A stretch of 59,969 bases of DNA, from the IMG/VR virus record IMGVR_UViG_3300037310_000161; one strand, given 5' to 3'. This document shows, in pieces, positions 9,752 to 19,296 of the stretch. Under the pieces are notes generated by a model that was not told the origin of the DNA, searched no databases, and saw only the letters and a list, made by a program, of their open reading frames with translations. This DNA is from a virus. Each line of letters opens with the position of its first letter. The stretch's first letter is position 1. Both the position numbers and the translations under genes were made by a program.

Positions 9752-11632
9752 TCACTCCTCTAACTGGCGGGTGCTCCATTTATCTTCACGCACCAGTCGG
9801 AAACGACCCTTGCAGATCACAGGCTCGCCCCCCGCCCGAATGTTTTCGATGTAGTGCATGGGTATGTTCAGGTCGATGTCCTGCACTTCGTCCCCGTAAT
9901 ATGTTTGATGAGAATCCACTTCCTTGTCGAATGTCGGAAAAGCAACTTCGAGCTGAACCGGCTCATCCGCCCATGGTCGGATGAGGAGATACCGGACTTC
10001 AACGGGGGTAGACCATTGAGCCATGTCAGATTTGATAAGGGCCGCCAAGACCCAGGTCTTTGTTCCAACCCGGTAGTACCGGATGTTGGTGTCAGACATC
10101 AAGGTATCAACTGACGTATTCGGAGCATGATGATACCAGAGAATGCCTTCAGGTCCAGGACTGAGCGGATACTGAATCCCGTCTACGAGAGCGGAAACAA
10201 TGTTGTAGCCGTTTCGATCCTGATTGACGGTAGCTGCGGGGTAAGCATAAGCCGCATAGCAGATGGCCCATTCATACGTGGTGTTTTCAATGTTTTCCGT
10301 ATAGGCCACTAAAGCCTTATTGATCGCGGCAAACAGCTCACTATCTCTGACCGTGGAATACCGGGTATAATAGTCGGTCAGGATATTGGTTTCGCTGCCC
10401 CATACACTTGGCTGAACGTTGTGGCTGTAAAGGAGCGTGGGCTCGTAAGTCCAAACTCCATCTATATATTCAAGAAGAACCGCCCGATATGCGACGAGCA
10501 AATCCTGATAGGAGCGATAGGCAAATTCTGGAAGCCCAGGAAGAACGCTCCCCGCCGGGTCTGCCCCGGCGTAGTATGGTGGGAGGAAAGTGGGGTCATC
10601 CAGAAACTGCATATTGACTTTGAGAGAGTAGACATCCTCTGTTTCCGAAGCGAAAGGTTTCGTGTACCCCGGCCACTCACAGGCCGGTGGTGGCCAATTC
10701 TGTCCGCTTGGATTGAATGCGTAGTGCCATACTCCGAAGAACTCATCCCACGCTCGGGTACATTTACACTGCTGCCATCCATGGTCTGTGTAGTCCCCTT
10801 CCGTAAGCCAACTGTCCCTCTCTTTGTCCAGAAAAGCCCGGTTGTGATATCCGCTCGGAGCAATGTCCCAGACTTCCCTGCCAGGCTCCGCGAAAAGGAG
10901 CCTGTCTTTCAACTCATCCTGAAAAGGCTTTTGCGTGTAATGCTCCATCCAGAGCCCATACTGGAAAGGGTCGAACTCAAGTCCCTGAATACGCGGGATA
11001 AATTCATAGCCCCCCTTCCAGGTCGTACTGTGACAGAGCACCCAGCCAACGACCTCACCCAGAGAGTTTTCGACTTCGAAGGCGGGCATGTACTTGGAGG
11101 TGAACTCAGGTTCTTCCCGGCCCTTCTTGGGGATCGGCTTGGGAGGAACATGGACGTGGATCTTGTCCTGCCCGAAAGTGGTGCTGCATCTGATGAAGCC
11201 CTTCAGGGCGGGCAAGGGGAGTTTCTTCTCATACCGGGGCAGGCGGAAGATATTCTCACGGTTCATCTGAGAGAAGAGACTCACCGCCTGGAACCACTGC
11301 TCGGCGGCAAGGTCCAGATCTCCGGTGAACTCGACTTCGACCGGGCGGAAGATCGTGGTGGGTTCGGCTGAAACCCCTTCAACCTTTTTGGCCTTGAAAT
11401 CCTCCCGCTGCCCGAGATCGATTTTAGAGAATTTCGAGTCGGTAAAGTCCATCCGCCGATCAGAGATCACTGAAGGGATAAAGATGCTGAAAACCCGTCT
11501 TTCCCCGAGCGGCTCGACCTTCTGCCAGGATTTCTCCCTATCCACCGGACGGTTTACCCCCCAGGACAACGAGAAGAGCATCAACAGCGTCAATGCTGAA
11601 ATCCCCGCCGCCCACATTCTGAATCGCGACAT
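9752..11632 (-). CDS. Trp/Tyr-rich virion protein with an N-terminal signal/TM segment (about 626 aa)
   Basis: Track ORF 9752..11881 trimmed to Met 84 (ATG 11632, GCGAGG RBS 7 nt upstream). This gives MSRFRMWAAGISALTLLMLFSLSWG. The extension upstream overlaps the preceding gene and looks non-coding. The start is uncertain (alternatives 11617 and 11581). Confidence 0.55.
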   Translation of the reverse strand: MSRFRMWAAGISALTLLMLFSLSWGVNRPVDREKSWQKVEPLGERRVFSIFIPSVISDRRMDFTDSKFSKIDLGQREDFKAKKVEGVSAEPTTIFRPVEVEFTGDLDLAAEQWFQAVSLFSQMNRENIFRLPRYEKKLPLPALKGFIRCSTTFGQDKIHVHVPPKPIPKKGREEPEFTSKYMPAFEVENSLGEVVGWVLCHSTTWKGGYEFIPRIQGLEFDPFQYGLWMEHYTQKPFQDELKDRLLFAEPGREVWDIAPSGYHNRAFLDKERDSWLTEGDYTDHGWQQCKCTRAWDEFFGVWHYAFNPSGQNWPPPACEWPGYTKPFASETEDVYSLKVNMQFLDDPTFLPPYYAGADPAGSVLPGLPEFAYRSYQDLLVAYRAVLLEYIDGVWTYEPTLLYSHNVQPSVWGSETNILTDYYTRYSTVRDSELFAAINKALVAYTENIENTTYEWAICYAAYAYPAATVNQDRNGYNIVSALVDGIQYPLSPGPEGILWYHHAPNTSVDTLMSDTNIRYYRVGTKTWVLAALIKSDMAQWSTPVEVRYLLIRPWADEPVQLEVAFPTFDKEVDSHQTYYGDEVQDIDLNIPMHYIENIRAGGEPVICKGRFRLVREDKWSTRQLEE

Positions 11633-12035
11633 TCCAGTACCTCGCTTTTCCGTCCCGACCCACGGGAACCCTCTCCGTGTGCTGCTGCTGGGCGCCCCGC
11701 CGGTTTTCGACGGTATAAGTGCGGGCGGCCGCCGACTCGTCGTCCCCGGTGACCGTAACATCAAGCTGCGCGTCTTCCCCCAGCTCACACCCGAGGTACA
11801 GGTGGCGGATGCGCTTTTGCTCATGGGAACCAAAGTCCATGAGGTGGGACTCCACAAGCGAGCTGATGGCCGTGCCGCCATCGGTATCCGCGTCGTCGTC
11901 CAGGGTGCAGATGCCCGTGGGCCGGGCCGCGATCACCACCCCGTTCCGAACGCAAAAGGACGTGAACTCAAGCCCGGCGTATTGGGTCAGAGCCCCCTGC
12001 GAAGTGTTCAATGCGAGTCCCAGCCGTTCAGCCAT
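11538..12035 (-). CDS. Virion-module protein of unknown function (165 aa)
   Basis: Track ORF 11538..12059 trimmed to MAERLGLALNTSQ (ATG 12035), which overlaps the stop of the upstream 52-aa ORF. Confidence 0.55.
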   Translation of the reverse strand: MAERLGLALNTSQGALTQYAGLEFTSFCVRNGVVIAARPTGICTLDDDADTDGGTAISSLVESHLMDFGSHEQKRIRHLYLGCELGEDAQLDVTVTGDDESAAARTYTVENRRGAQQQHTERVPVGRDGKARYWNVAIQNVGGGDFSIDAVDALLVVLGGKPSGG

Positions 12036-12186
12036 CTGACCGCTCCACCCTCGCCACACTCTGGCCTGTGATCTTCATGTACTGCTTAAAAAGCTCCCCG
12101 AAGCGAAATCCGCAATGCGGGCAGTTCGGGAGCTCCGCCGAAACACTTCCCTTGCATCCTGGGCACGTTTTCCTGTTGTCTATCAT
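12028..12186 (-). CDS. Small zinc-ribbon protein (52 aa), below the track size cut-off
   Basis: Hand-translated base by base: MIDNRKTCPGCKGSVSAELPNCPHCGFRFGELFKQYMKITGQSVARVERSDG. It has CPGC...CPHC. There is an ATGA overlap with the upstream stop at 12183-12186 and an 8-nt overlap with the next start. Confidence 0.5.
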   Translation of the reverse strand: MIDNRKTCPGCKGSVSAELPNCPHCGFRFGELFKQYMKITGQSVARVERSDG

Positions 12187-14063
12187 CGCCTATACCTCAG
12201 AATGAAATTTTCGAAGCGCGAGTGCGAAGTGGCAAAAGATCCTCCCCCGGAACCTTCAGCCCCCGTCGCGATCTCCCCTTGAATGAACGGCTCAAATCCC
12301 GCCGCCCCGACTGCCAGCTTGTCCGACAGCGTCCGGCCCGATCCCATGGGTGCTGGCAATTCCGCGTCATGGCCCGTCATCCGGTCCCTGGAGGTTTGCG
12401 CCGAGCCCGCTATCGTGGGCAGGGCTCCCCCAGCCAGAACGAGTTTTTCACGAATCGCGGCGGCGGCCCCCGTCACCTGCGGGACTGCTCCGGCGCGAAC
12501 CTTGATCCCGCAACGCCCGGCCGCCTCAAGATCGTACAGCTCCGCCGCGCCCTGGGCTGTGAGTACCGTCGCCCCAGCACCCGTAAACGGTCGGACTGTC
12601 CCGGCCCCGGCCAGGATCCGGGCCGAAGTTGCCGCGCCTGATCCCGTAAATTTCGGGACCGACCGCGAAACCGTCTGAAGCCCGGCCCGCCCGGCCCCGG
12701 TAAAAGCCGGGAGGCTTCTTGCGCCGCGTGCCAGGGGCTGGGTCTGCCCGGCCCCGGTAAAGGCCCGGACTGCGCCGGATCCCAGCGCCCGCGTTTCCTG
12801 GTCTGCCTGCGCGGACCCGGTAAAAGGTGCTATGGATTGCGAACGGGTTGCAAGGCAGGTCTTGCCGGAACCCTGAAAAGCGGTAAGCGTTGCCGCCGCC
12901 CGGGCGAATTTGGCTGTTTCAGCTTCCGCACTCCCAGTTATCCTCGGAAGGGTCTTCGAGCCGGTTGCCCGCGTGGCGATGTCGGCAACCGACGATCCGG
13001 CAAGCGCCGGGAGCCGCATGGTGCGCGGGTGAAGACTGATTCTTGCAGACCCCGAGAAGATTCTCCGATATGGGGGATTGATCTCGCCATCCCCAATGGC
13101 GGTGTTATTTTCCGCCGAGCCGCTTCCGGTAAAGGCCGAAACCGTTGCGGCGCCGTAGGCGAGAAGCTCCCCCTCCCCAGCAACCGCCGCCCCCGTGATG
13201 GGGTCGTCAATCCAGGTGGTTCCCGCCACATCTCCAGTGAAGCTGAAGTCCCGCGCCCCCGGCACGAAGGGCTCGATCTCGACCGACTCGACGCGGAGCC
13301 CGGTCTCGCCGGTTCCTGCAAACGGGGAGATTGAAGCGTCTCCGTCCGCCGTGGCCGGGCCTTCCATGACGTAGGTTCCCGAGCGGATATCGTCGATCTC
13401 GTCGGTTGAGAGCAGGTCATCGAAGAGGACCAGTTCGTCAAAGGTCATGTCCTCAAGATAACCGAGGTAGAAATCGCTTGTGTTGCTATAGAGCGTATCA
13501 TTGAGCGTTGTCGAGGTGTCTTCGTAGGACTGCGCGGTATCATCCCAGACGCGGCAGAAAAAGGTCTTGTTCGCCGTTCCGTCGATAACGATGGCCACGT
13601 GATACCACCGGCCCGCCACAAGGGAATCCGATACTCGGATACGCTGGTTCTTGTGAATGACTTCAAGAACGTTGGGTGTTGAGTCGGAAGAGCTGTACCC
13701 GGCAACGATATCGATTGTCGCGGCGGGATAGTTCCCCTTGGAGATCATGCTCTCCAGGGTGTCTGAATAAAGATAGGTCGGCTTCCACCAGAAACAGATG
13801 GAGAAAGTGTCAACGGCGCAGGTCGATTTGAGCGGGATATCCGCCGCGAGATTGCTGTTTGAGATGAAGAAAGCCGAAGCGCCGTCCTGAAACAGCGCGG
13901 CGCATGATCCTTCTTTGTAGTTGGTGGTGTCCGCCTCGACGGGGTCGCCCGGCGCGCCCTCATCGACCCACGTGTTGCTGCCTATGGAGTCGGTGGCGAG
14001 CGCCCCCGACTCAAACCGCCATAGGGCTACACAATGTTCATCGCCGGAAAAGTCGTTTGCCAT
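12183..14063 (-). CDS. LamG/concanavalin-like lectin-fold fibre protein with a C-terminal FTG[AS]G repeat array (626 aa)
   Basis: N-terminal half: ALWRFESG...GSCAALFQDGASAFFISNS...WYHVAIVIDGTANKTFFCRVWDD...LYLGY...DELVLFDDLLSTDEIDDIRSG, which is the LamG_3-type pattern. C-terminal half: about 12 repeats such as AFTGAGQTQPLARGARSLPAFTGAGRAGL. Confidence 0.7.
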   Translation of the reverse strand: MANDFSGDEHCVALWRFESGALATDSIGSNTWVDEGAPGDPVEADTTNYKEGSCAALFQDGASAFFISNSNLAADIPLKSTCAVDTFSICFWWKPTYLYSDTLESMISKGNYPAATIDIVAGYSSSDSTPNVLEVIHKNQRIRVSDSLVAGRWYHVAIVIDGTANKTFFCRVWDDTAQSYEDTSTTLNDTLYSNTSDFYLGYLEDMTFDELVLFDDLLSTDEIDDIRSGTYVMEGPATADGDASISPFAGTGETGLRVESVEIEPFVPGARDFSFTGDVAGTTWIDDPITGAAVAGEGELLAYGAATVSAFTGSGSAENNTAIGDGEINPPYRRIFSGSARISLHPRTMRLPALAGSSVADIATRATGSKTLPRITGSAEAETAKFARAAATLTAFQGSGKTCLATRSQSIAPFTGSAQADQETRALGSGAVRAFTGAGQTQPLARGARSLPAFTGAGRAGLQTVSRSVPKFTGSGAATSARILAGAGTVRPFTGAGATVLTAQGAAELYDLEAAGRCGIKVRAGAVPQVTGAAAAIREKLVLAGGALPTIAGSAQTSRDRMTGHDAELPAPMGSGRTLSDKLAVGAAGFEPFIQGEIATGAEGSGGGSFATSHSRFENFILRYRR

Positions 14064-14160
14064 GGGGCTCCCCGCTTGAGCTTTGGTGCGTGATAGGTTC
14101 CGGTCGGATGCGTCCCCCGATTACCGCCGGGCGATATGCCCGGCGGCTGGCCCATCGAGC

Positions 14161-14901
14161 TTAGCTCGGGCTCATCGTGTAGCTGAAGCTGTCAATAGTT
14201 GTAGTCTCGCCGGTCGTCATGGTAGTGCCGCTCGGCATGTTGATGTCCCCGCCGCTCTGGGCGATAGTGCCCTGGATGCGCGGGAGAGACGTGCTGGACC
14301 CGTTGCTGTCTGAGGCGTTGCCGACCAGGCGGTAGTGGGTCGCGGACCCGTCGGCCAGAGCTACCCCCGACCAGACCTCCCCGGAGGCTTTGTTCACAAC
14401 TCCGGCAGTGGCGTCGCCAAGCTCCAGACCGTTGTCGAAAGCCCCGGCCACGAACGCCCCCGAAGAGAGCGTGAACTGGCAGAGAAGTGTCCCGGTGATG
14501 GCTGCATCCGCCGTTGCGGGCGCCGTCCCCGAGAAGAACCGAAGAACTCCGTCTTTAAAGATGTCTCGGAGAGACCCGCCCTTGCAGGCCACGATGCACC
14601 CGGCGGCGGGGAACGCCTCCGAAGCCGCCAGTGTCCCCGTGGCGAAAGTCAGGGTTCCTGCCGTAACCGCCGTTAGGGTCACCCCAGAGAGTTTGTTACC
14701 CCCGGTGGTGGGATTGTAGGTGTAAATGAGGTCTCCGGGGGCGAAGCCCGCCGTGATGAAGCCGCTCCCGGAATCGGTGATCGTGTCCGCGCTCCCGCCG
14801 TTGTCGGAATAGGCGAGCGTGGTACCGGAGATGAAAGCCTTGACCTCGGCCTGCATCCCCATGAGCTTGTTGACAAGTCCTGTGCTGAGTTTAAGCGCCA
14901 T
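14161..14901 (-). CDS. Gly/Thr/Ala-rich virion structural protein (246 aa)
   Basis: Track ORF with an AAGGAG RBS. It lies in the structural module. No specific family recognised. Confidence 0.6.
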   Translation of the reverse strand: MALKLSTGLVNKLMGMQAEVKAFISGTTLAYSDNGGSADTITDSGSGFITAGFAPGDLIYTYNPTTGGNKLSGVTLTAVTAGTLTFATGTLAASEAFPAAGCIVACKGGSLRDIFKDGVLRFFSGTAPATADAAITGTLLCQFTLSSGAFVAGAFDNGLELGDATAGVVNKASGEVWSGVALADGSATHYRLVGNASDSNGSSTSLPRIQGTIAQSGGDINMPSGTTMTTGETTTIDSFSYTMSPS

Positions 14902-14961
14902 TCGGACGACTCCTTTCTTTGCTTTGCCGTCCGAATGTTTGGGTTGGGCAAGTTCAAAATC

Positions 14962-15906
14962 TTACGGGGCGAGCAGTGCCAGGTATTTCCCATTCCACCA
15001 GCATGCGGCGGCGCCGCTTACGGCGACGGGATACCCCAGCCCGGTACGGGTCAGGTCCAGTTTGTCCTGGGTGAGGTTTCTCACCCGACCGCCAGGAAAT
15101 CCCTCATAGATCCCTTTCGGAGATACCCACATGGCCCCCGTGGCAAGCTGCCCGTCCTGTAGAACTCGCTCAATCTTAACGTCGGTCCCCTCCATCGCCG
15201 GAACATCCGAAACGACAGAGAGAATCATTTGCTGAGGGGAGGTTCCAGAAACAAAGCACACCTCCTCATCCGTTGAGATATAGAGCCCGTCCGCCACGGG
15301 GCGAAACATGCGAACCTGTGACGGGAATTTGAGATATGACGTTCCCAGCCGGAAATACTCATACCACCAGGGCTCGGAGTACCATGCCGTGTCACCCTGG
15401 ATGACCCACATCCGGCTTGCGTGAAAGGCCAGCTTGGTCCCCATGGGCGGGTTGTAGAACTTGAGGGAAGTCTCATCCTCAAGCCCCGGAGGCAAGGGGT
15501 TTGCCGGGTCGATGGCCCATGTGTAGCTCACCGCCTTTTGGACAAACCCCCTTTGCACCCCGTTGCAGTAATAGACCCGGTCCGCGACTTGCGCGTAAGC
15601 CATCGGAAGACCCGGGGTCACGTTTCGGATTGGGGTCCAGGTGTAATCTTCATTCAGGACCGCGAGGGCATCGCCAACAACAAACAAGGTGTCCGTCCCC
15701 TCATGGAAGAGGGAATGCGGGTCGGTCAGAGTTAACCTGGAGGTAAACCCCTTCCTCCGCGAGAGCCTGCCCGTGTCGTCAATGTCCACGTTGACGGCGG
15801 CCGCCAGATCGGAGATCCCGGTTTCAGGATTGTACCGAAGCCTGACCGGATCCACCCGGTTGTTGATTCCCGCCGCGCCGCGAAAGACTGGAACGAGTTT
15901 TGACAC
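14962..15906 (-). CDS. Virion-module protein (314 aa)
   Basis: Track ORF 14962..16104 trimmed to GTG 15906 (VSKLVPVFRGAAGINN...). That start follows AAGGGGGG and lies directly after the stop of the 67-aa ORF. The longer N-terminus overlaps that ORF. Confidence 0.6.
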   Translation of the reverse strand: MSKLVPVFRGAAGINNRVDPVRLRYNPETGISDLAAAVNVDIDDTGRLSRRKGFTSRLTLTDPHSLFHEGTDTLFVVGDALAVLNEDYTWTPIRNVTPGLPMAYAQVADRVYYCNGVQRGFVQKAVSYTWAIDPANPLPPGLEDETSLKFYNPPMGTKLAFHASRMWVIQGDTAWYSEPWWYEYFRLGTSYLKFPSQVRMFRPVADGLYISTDEEVCFVSGTSPQQMILSVVSDVPAMEGTDVKIERVLQDGQLATGAMWVSPKGIYEGFPGGRVRNLTQDKLDLTRTGLGYPVAVSGAAACWWNGKYLALLAP

Positions 15907-15919
15907 CTGCTCACCCCCC

Positions 15920-16123
15920 TTACGGGTTGAACTTGAAATTCCGTCCCTGACAGTGTTTCTGGGACGTGCATCCCTCTTCGAACATCCCGATCCGCCCTTC
16001 ATGAGTGAGATGAACGCAGATATCCGGGCATTTCGTGGATCGCAGGCACCCACCTCGAAACTTGTGAGGTGGGCAGAAATTTCGGAACTCGGTTTTGACA
16101 ACACTCTCTTCTATAGGAGTCAT
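15920..16123 (-). CDS. Small Cys-rich protein (67 aa, 7 Cys)
   Basis: Track ORF MTPIEESVVKTEFRNFCPPHKFRGGCLRSTKCPDICVHLTHEG...CTSQKHCQG. It has an ATGA overlap with the upstream stop (16120-16123) and fills the gap to the next RBS. Confidence 0.55.
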   Translation of the reverse strand: MTPIEESVVKTEFRNFCPPHKFRGGCLRSTKCPDICVHLTHEGRIGMFEEGCTSQKHCQGRNFKFNP

Positions 16124-16776
16124 GCGTAAAGTCCTTCATCCTCAATGTATTCCGGCTCCCCGTCCTCCGCCCCGACAAAGCGGTTCAGCTCCCCCAAGGC
16201 ATCGACCCAGTTTTTGAAGTGCCGGTTTGTGTTGGGTTGGTTTCCGTCGTCCTGCTCGATCTCGCTCCAGATTTTCCAACACGCGTAACTGACGAGCAGG
16301 GGCTCCTGAAGGTGCTGCGGAATGCCGTCCGGGGTCGTCTGGTCGTTGACTCCGGTAGTCAGAACCATGGGAACCGGGTTTCGTTGATAGTGCAGGGTGA
16401 GGGTGTCGGCGGTCGAAGGCTTCGGCTGATAGTAGAGCCTGGACCCGCGAATCGCGGCATGCGCAACATCCCCCACCTGATCGAGCGCGGGATACTGCTT
16501 CATGAACTTGAGAAATGAGCGGAAATACTCGATCCGCATCTTCTGCTTCGCGCTCGAGATGAAAAGCACCTCCCGCATATAGTCGGCCGGGAGGCTCACA
16601 TAAGGATACGTTATGGAGGTCGAGACCGTGGAGGAAGCCCCGAGAAGCGGAAGCGTAATAACCCCCGCCACCTGCCCCGCCCCACGGTTCAGAAGAGCGA
16701 GAATCGAGGTCGGCGTGTAAGACACGTCCTGGATGTTCACTTGAACCAGTGCGATCAGCTCGGCCGCCGTCATCAA
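16120..16776 (-). CDS. Possible head-completion/adaptor protein (218 aa)
   Basis: Track ORF immediately downstream of the capsid gene. The call rests on position only. Confidence 0.4.
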   Translation of the reverse strand: MMTAAELIALVQVNIQDVSYTPTSILALLNRGAGQVAGVITLPLLGASSTVSTSITYPYVSLPADYMREVLFISSAKQKMRIEYFRSFLKFMKQYPALDQVGDVAHAAIRGSRLYYQPKPSTADTLTLHYQRNPVPMVLTTGVNDQTTPDGIPQHLQEPLLVSYACWKIWSEIEQDDGNQPNTNRHFKNWVDALGELNRFVGAEDGEPEYIEDEGLYA

Positions 16777-16832
16777 TCACCCCGCGAACCTCCGGAGACA
16801 AGCCCCGGAGGTGTCATTGGTTAGCTCGGCTG

Positions 16833-17807
16833 TTAGCTCGGCTCTGACAGGTTGGAGTGCCTGCAATGAGCCTTACGATGGGAGCAAACAAGCTGCCCGG
16901 CCCACTTGGTAAAGGCAACCAGCTTGTCGGGTGAATTCATATTGAAGACCTCCCACTTGGGCTTGGTGAAAGCGTAGTCCCTGTGGGTCTTGATCTTCAG
17001 GTATTGCAGGTTGACCCCGTCGCAGATGCCGGAGCCCTGCCGGTCGTCGGCCACCACGGGGGCGCCGCCAAAAAGGACGTTGGTGAAGCCCGCATTGGCG
17101 AGATCCACATCCTGATACCGGACGTTAGTCTGAAGGGTCCGCTCGTACCCGTCGCGGAGAAGCTCGGTCGTAACGTAGAGGTTGGGTTTGTCGCCCGAGC
17201 CCTGCCCGACGCTCGCGGTCCGGCGGATCGCTTGCATGACCTTGAAGGAAATGGCTTCCGACGTGGAAATCACGTTCGCCTTCCAATTCGCCATGTCCGC
17301 TTCTTGGATGGTCCCGTAAGCAGTTGAGGTCGTGGTGTTGAAGAGGTCGGCCATCCCAACGAAAGCCTTGGCATCGCCGCCAGCGGCGGCGTAAACATCG
17401 ATACCCATCTTTTTGCGAATGGTCTTCTGAATGTTTCTTAGTTTCTGAAAGGCGATATCCACAACAGCGGCAGACCCGGCATTTTGAAGCTGGTCATCGA
17501 GATCGATGTAGTTGTCTGCAATGTACGCGGCCCAGGAGAACCGGGCGGCGTTCAAAATCGCGGCCTTGGTGCCGGAAAGAGTGGTATTGGCGGCGTAAGT
17601 CGTAACATTCGACTCACCGTATTCGAGGGGGACACGGATCATCTGACCGCCATCCACGATCTCGCCCGCCGTCACAAAGTCCTCCACCATTTTCCCCTTG
17701 CCGAGGAGCTTGTAGAGGAGCACGTTATCCAGAAAGTAGATATCAACCGGGGTTTTCTCCCAGTAATCATCCGTTACAGCCTGAAGTTCTGTCAGAGAAA
17801 GCGCCAT
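16833..17807 (-). CDS. Major capsid protein (HK97-fold type)
   Basis: MALSLTELQAVTDDYWEKTPVDIYFLDNVLLYKLLGKG...DGGQMIRVPLEYG. Size is about 324 aa and it lies directly after the scaffold gene. ATG 17807 has a better RBS (GAAAGGG) than the track start at 17825. Confidence 0.8.
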   Translation of the reverse strand: MALSLTELQAVTDDYWEKTPVDIYFLDNVLLYKLLGKGKMVEDFVTAGEIVDGGQMIRVPLEYGESNVTTYAANTTLSGTKAAILNAARFSWAAYIADNYIDLDDQLQNAGSAAVVDIAFQKLRNIQKTIRKKMGIDVYAAAGGDAKAFVGMADLFNTTTSTAYGTIQEADMANWKANVISTSEAISFKVMQAIRRTASVGQGSGDKPNLYVTTELLRDGYERTLQTNVRYQDVDLANAGFTNVLFGGAPVVADDRQGSGICDGVNLQYLKIKTHRDYAFTKPKWEVFNMNSPDKLVAFTKWAGQLVCSHRKAHCRHSNLSEPS

Positions 17808-17847
17808 GACGAACCCTTTCGTCATGCCCTAAATATACGGGTGGGAT

Positions 17848-18696
17848 CTATCGCCCTCTGGCCTTTCCGAGCGCGGCGGCCATGGACTGTTTGATGTCGT
17901 AATCACTCATCGGTTTCGCGGGCGGGTTCGCGTTGCGAACGCCGCTTCCCGGAGTCTGCATCACTCGACCTGCGGCCTGGGCGCCCTGCGCCACCTTCTC
18001 GATCTCTGACTTCCCGCGATTGTATGCTTCTTCAGCCGCTGTTTTGGCAGACTGCTCATTCTGGACTGCTTTCCAGTTCCAGTAAGCGGAGAAGTCATCG
18101 TGAAGGGGGTTTGACTGCCTCAGTGCCTGCCTCTCCGGGCTTTGGAGAAACGTGTTGAAATCCGGGTGCTCTTCCATGAATTTCTGCTGGATAGACCGAG
18201 CCTGCTTCTGCTGGTCATACTGCTGGTATTTTTGCTCCGCGAGACTGAGCGCCCGGCTGGTAGTAATCTCAGAGGTCATTCGGAGGGCCTGCGAGATGTC
18301 GATCTCGCCGGAATCCACTTGCCTCTGAATATCGGCAAGCTGTTGATCCCAATCAGGGGCCGCCGGTTTGGACTCCTCCTTACCTTTCGGCGCCTGCATG
18401 TTCTGTTGCAACAGCTCCAGGTTCTTTGCCAGAAGATCGTTTTGCTTACGGAGGTCGCCAAGCTCTGACGATTGTCTCCCGCGAAACGACTCCAGCTCCT
18501 GGTAGGACTTCGCCAGATCATCGACGTTCTTGAACTTGCCGAGGATCAGCTCATCCTGTGCCGCCTTGCTCTCCCCGGCCGGAGCTTGTCCCTCGGGTTC
18601 CGCATATTGCTCGCCGGGGGGCTGGGCCTGGGTAGAAATAACCTTCGAATCGTCTATCAGGGGCGTACTTGCCATGGTGTGTATACCTTCTGCCAT
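17848..18696 (-). CDS. Capsid scaffolding protein
   Basis: Acidic, helical and Gln/Glu-rich. It has ILGKFKNVDDLAKSYQELESFRGRQ and lies immediately upstream of the capsid gene. Confidence 0.7.
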   Translation of the reverse strand: MAEGIHTMASTPLIDDSKVISTQAQPPGEQYAEPEGQAPAGESKAAQDELILGKFKNVDDLAKSYQELESFRGRQSSELGDLRKQNDLLAKNLELLQQNMQAPKGKEESKPAAPDWDQQLADIQRQVDSGEIDISQALRMTSEITTSRALSLAEQKYQQYDQQKQARSIQQKFMEEHPDFNTFLQSPERQALRQSNPLHDDFSAYWNWKAVQNEQSAKTAAEEAYNRGKSEIEKVAQGAQAAGRVMQTPGSGVRNANPPAKPMSDYDIKQSMAAALGKARGR

Positions 18697-18770
18697 GGCC
18701 GCAAACGTATGGGTGTGCTTTAACTGACCGCCTTCTCCGGTGTCAGTTTGAAGGGTCGGTGGAGGGCCGA

Positions 18771-18968
18771 TTATCCTTCGGTTGATATCTCGATGCGGAC
18801 CTTGGGGTCCACCCTGAAAATCCCGATCACTCGGTACTGCCCGTCACCAGAAAGGATTCGGTACTTGGCGACCCCGTAAGCCTCGACGGCCGAATCCGCC
18901 GGGACCGTGATGTCGCCGAAGATCACGCCCGATTTCTTGTGTGAATAGAATATCTTCCAGCTCTTCAC
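18771..18968 (-). CDS. Small hypothetical protein (65 aa)
   Basis: Track ORF 18771..19064 trimmed to GTG 18968 (VKSWKIFYSHKK...), directly after the stop of the FmdB-like gene. The upstream part overlaps that gene. Confidence 0.35.
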   Translation of the reverse strand: MKSWKIFYSHKKSGVIFGDITVPADSAVEAYGVAKYRILSGDGQYRVIGIFRVDPKVRIEISTEG

Positions 18969-18969
18969 A

Positions 18970-19263
18970 TCACTCTTTCGGCCGAATATTGGGGTTTTCC
19001 CGCAGGAAACGGCTGTAATCATCGCGGTCTTCAATCGGGCGCACCCGTTTTGCCGCGATGGCATCCGTGTCTTGCAGCGATCCCCTCAAATCGTCATTGA
19101 TCCAGGTAGGCTCAACGCGCCAGATGCCGCCATGCCCGAGACTGATGATCTTCGATGCCCGGCCCCCGCAGGTGCAGGGGTGAGCTTCCGGGCATTCCGC
19201 GAGCGGGTGGAACTCTTCCGTCACTATCCCGCATTTACTGCATTGAAAGTCGTAAGTCGGCAT
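18970..19263 (-). CDS. FmdB-family zinc-ribbon protein (97 aa)
   Basis: MPTYDFQCSKCGIVTEEFHPLAECPEAHPCTCGG matches the MPxYxYxCxxCG...CPxCG pattern of the FmdB/CxxC_CxxC_SSSS family. Confidence 0.65.
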   Translation of the reverse strand: MPTYDFQCSKCGIVTEEFHPLAECPEAHPCTCGGRASKIISLGHGGIWRVEPTWINDDLRGSLQDTDAIAAKRVRPIEDRDDYSRFLRENPNIRPKE

Positions 19264-19296
19264 TACTTCGTTTCACCAATCCCAGAGGTCGAAGGG

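Noticed and set aside
12183-14063. Diversity-generating retroelement targeting a fibre gene (also considered for 46662..49058 and 22454..23905)
   Set aside because: No reverse transcriptase ORF is present. I found no template/variable repeat pair with adenine-specific differences anywhere in the window.
16142-16801. Alternative 219-aa frame overlapping 16120..16776
   Set aside because: Its translation is Arg/Gly/Ala-rich and non-protein-like. The 218-aa frame has normal composition and start/stop coupling with its neighbours.
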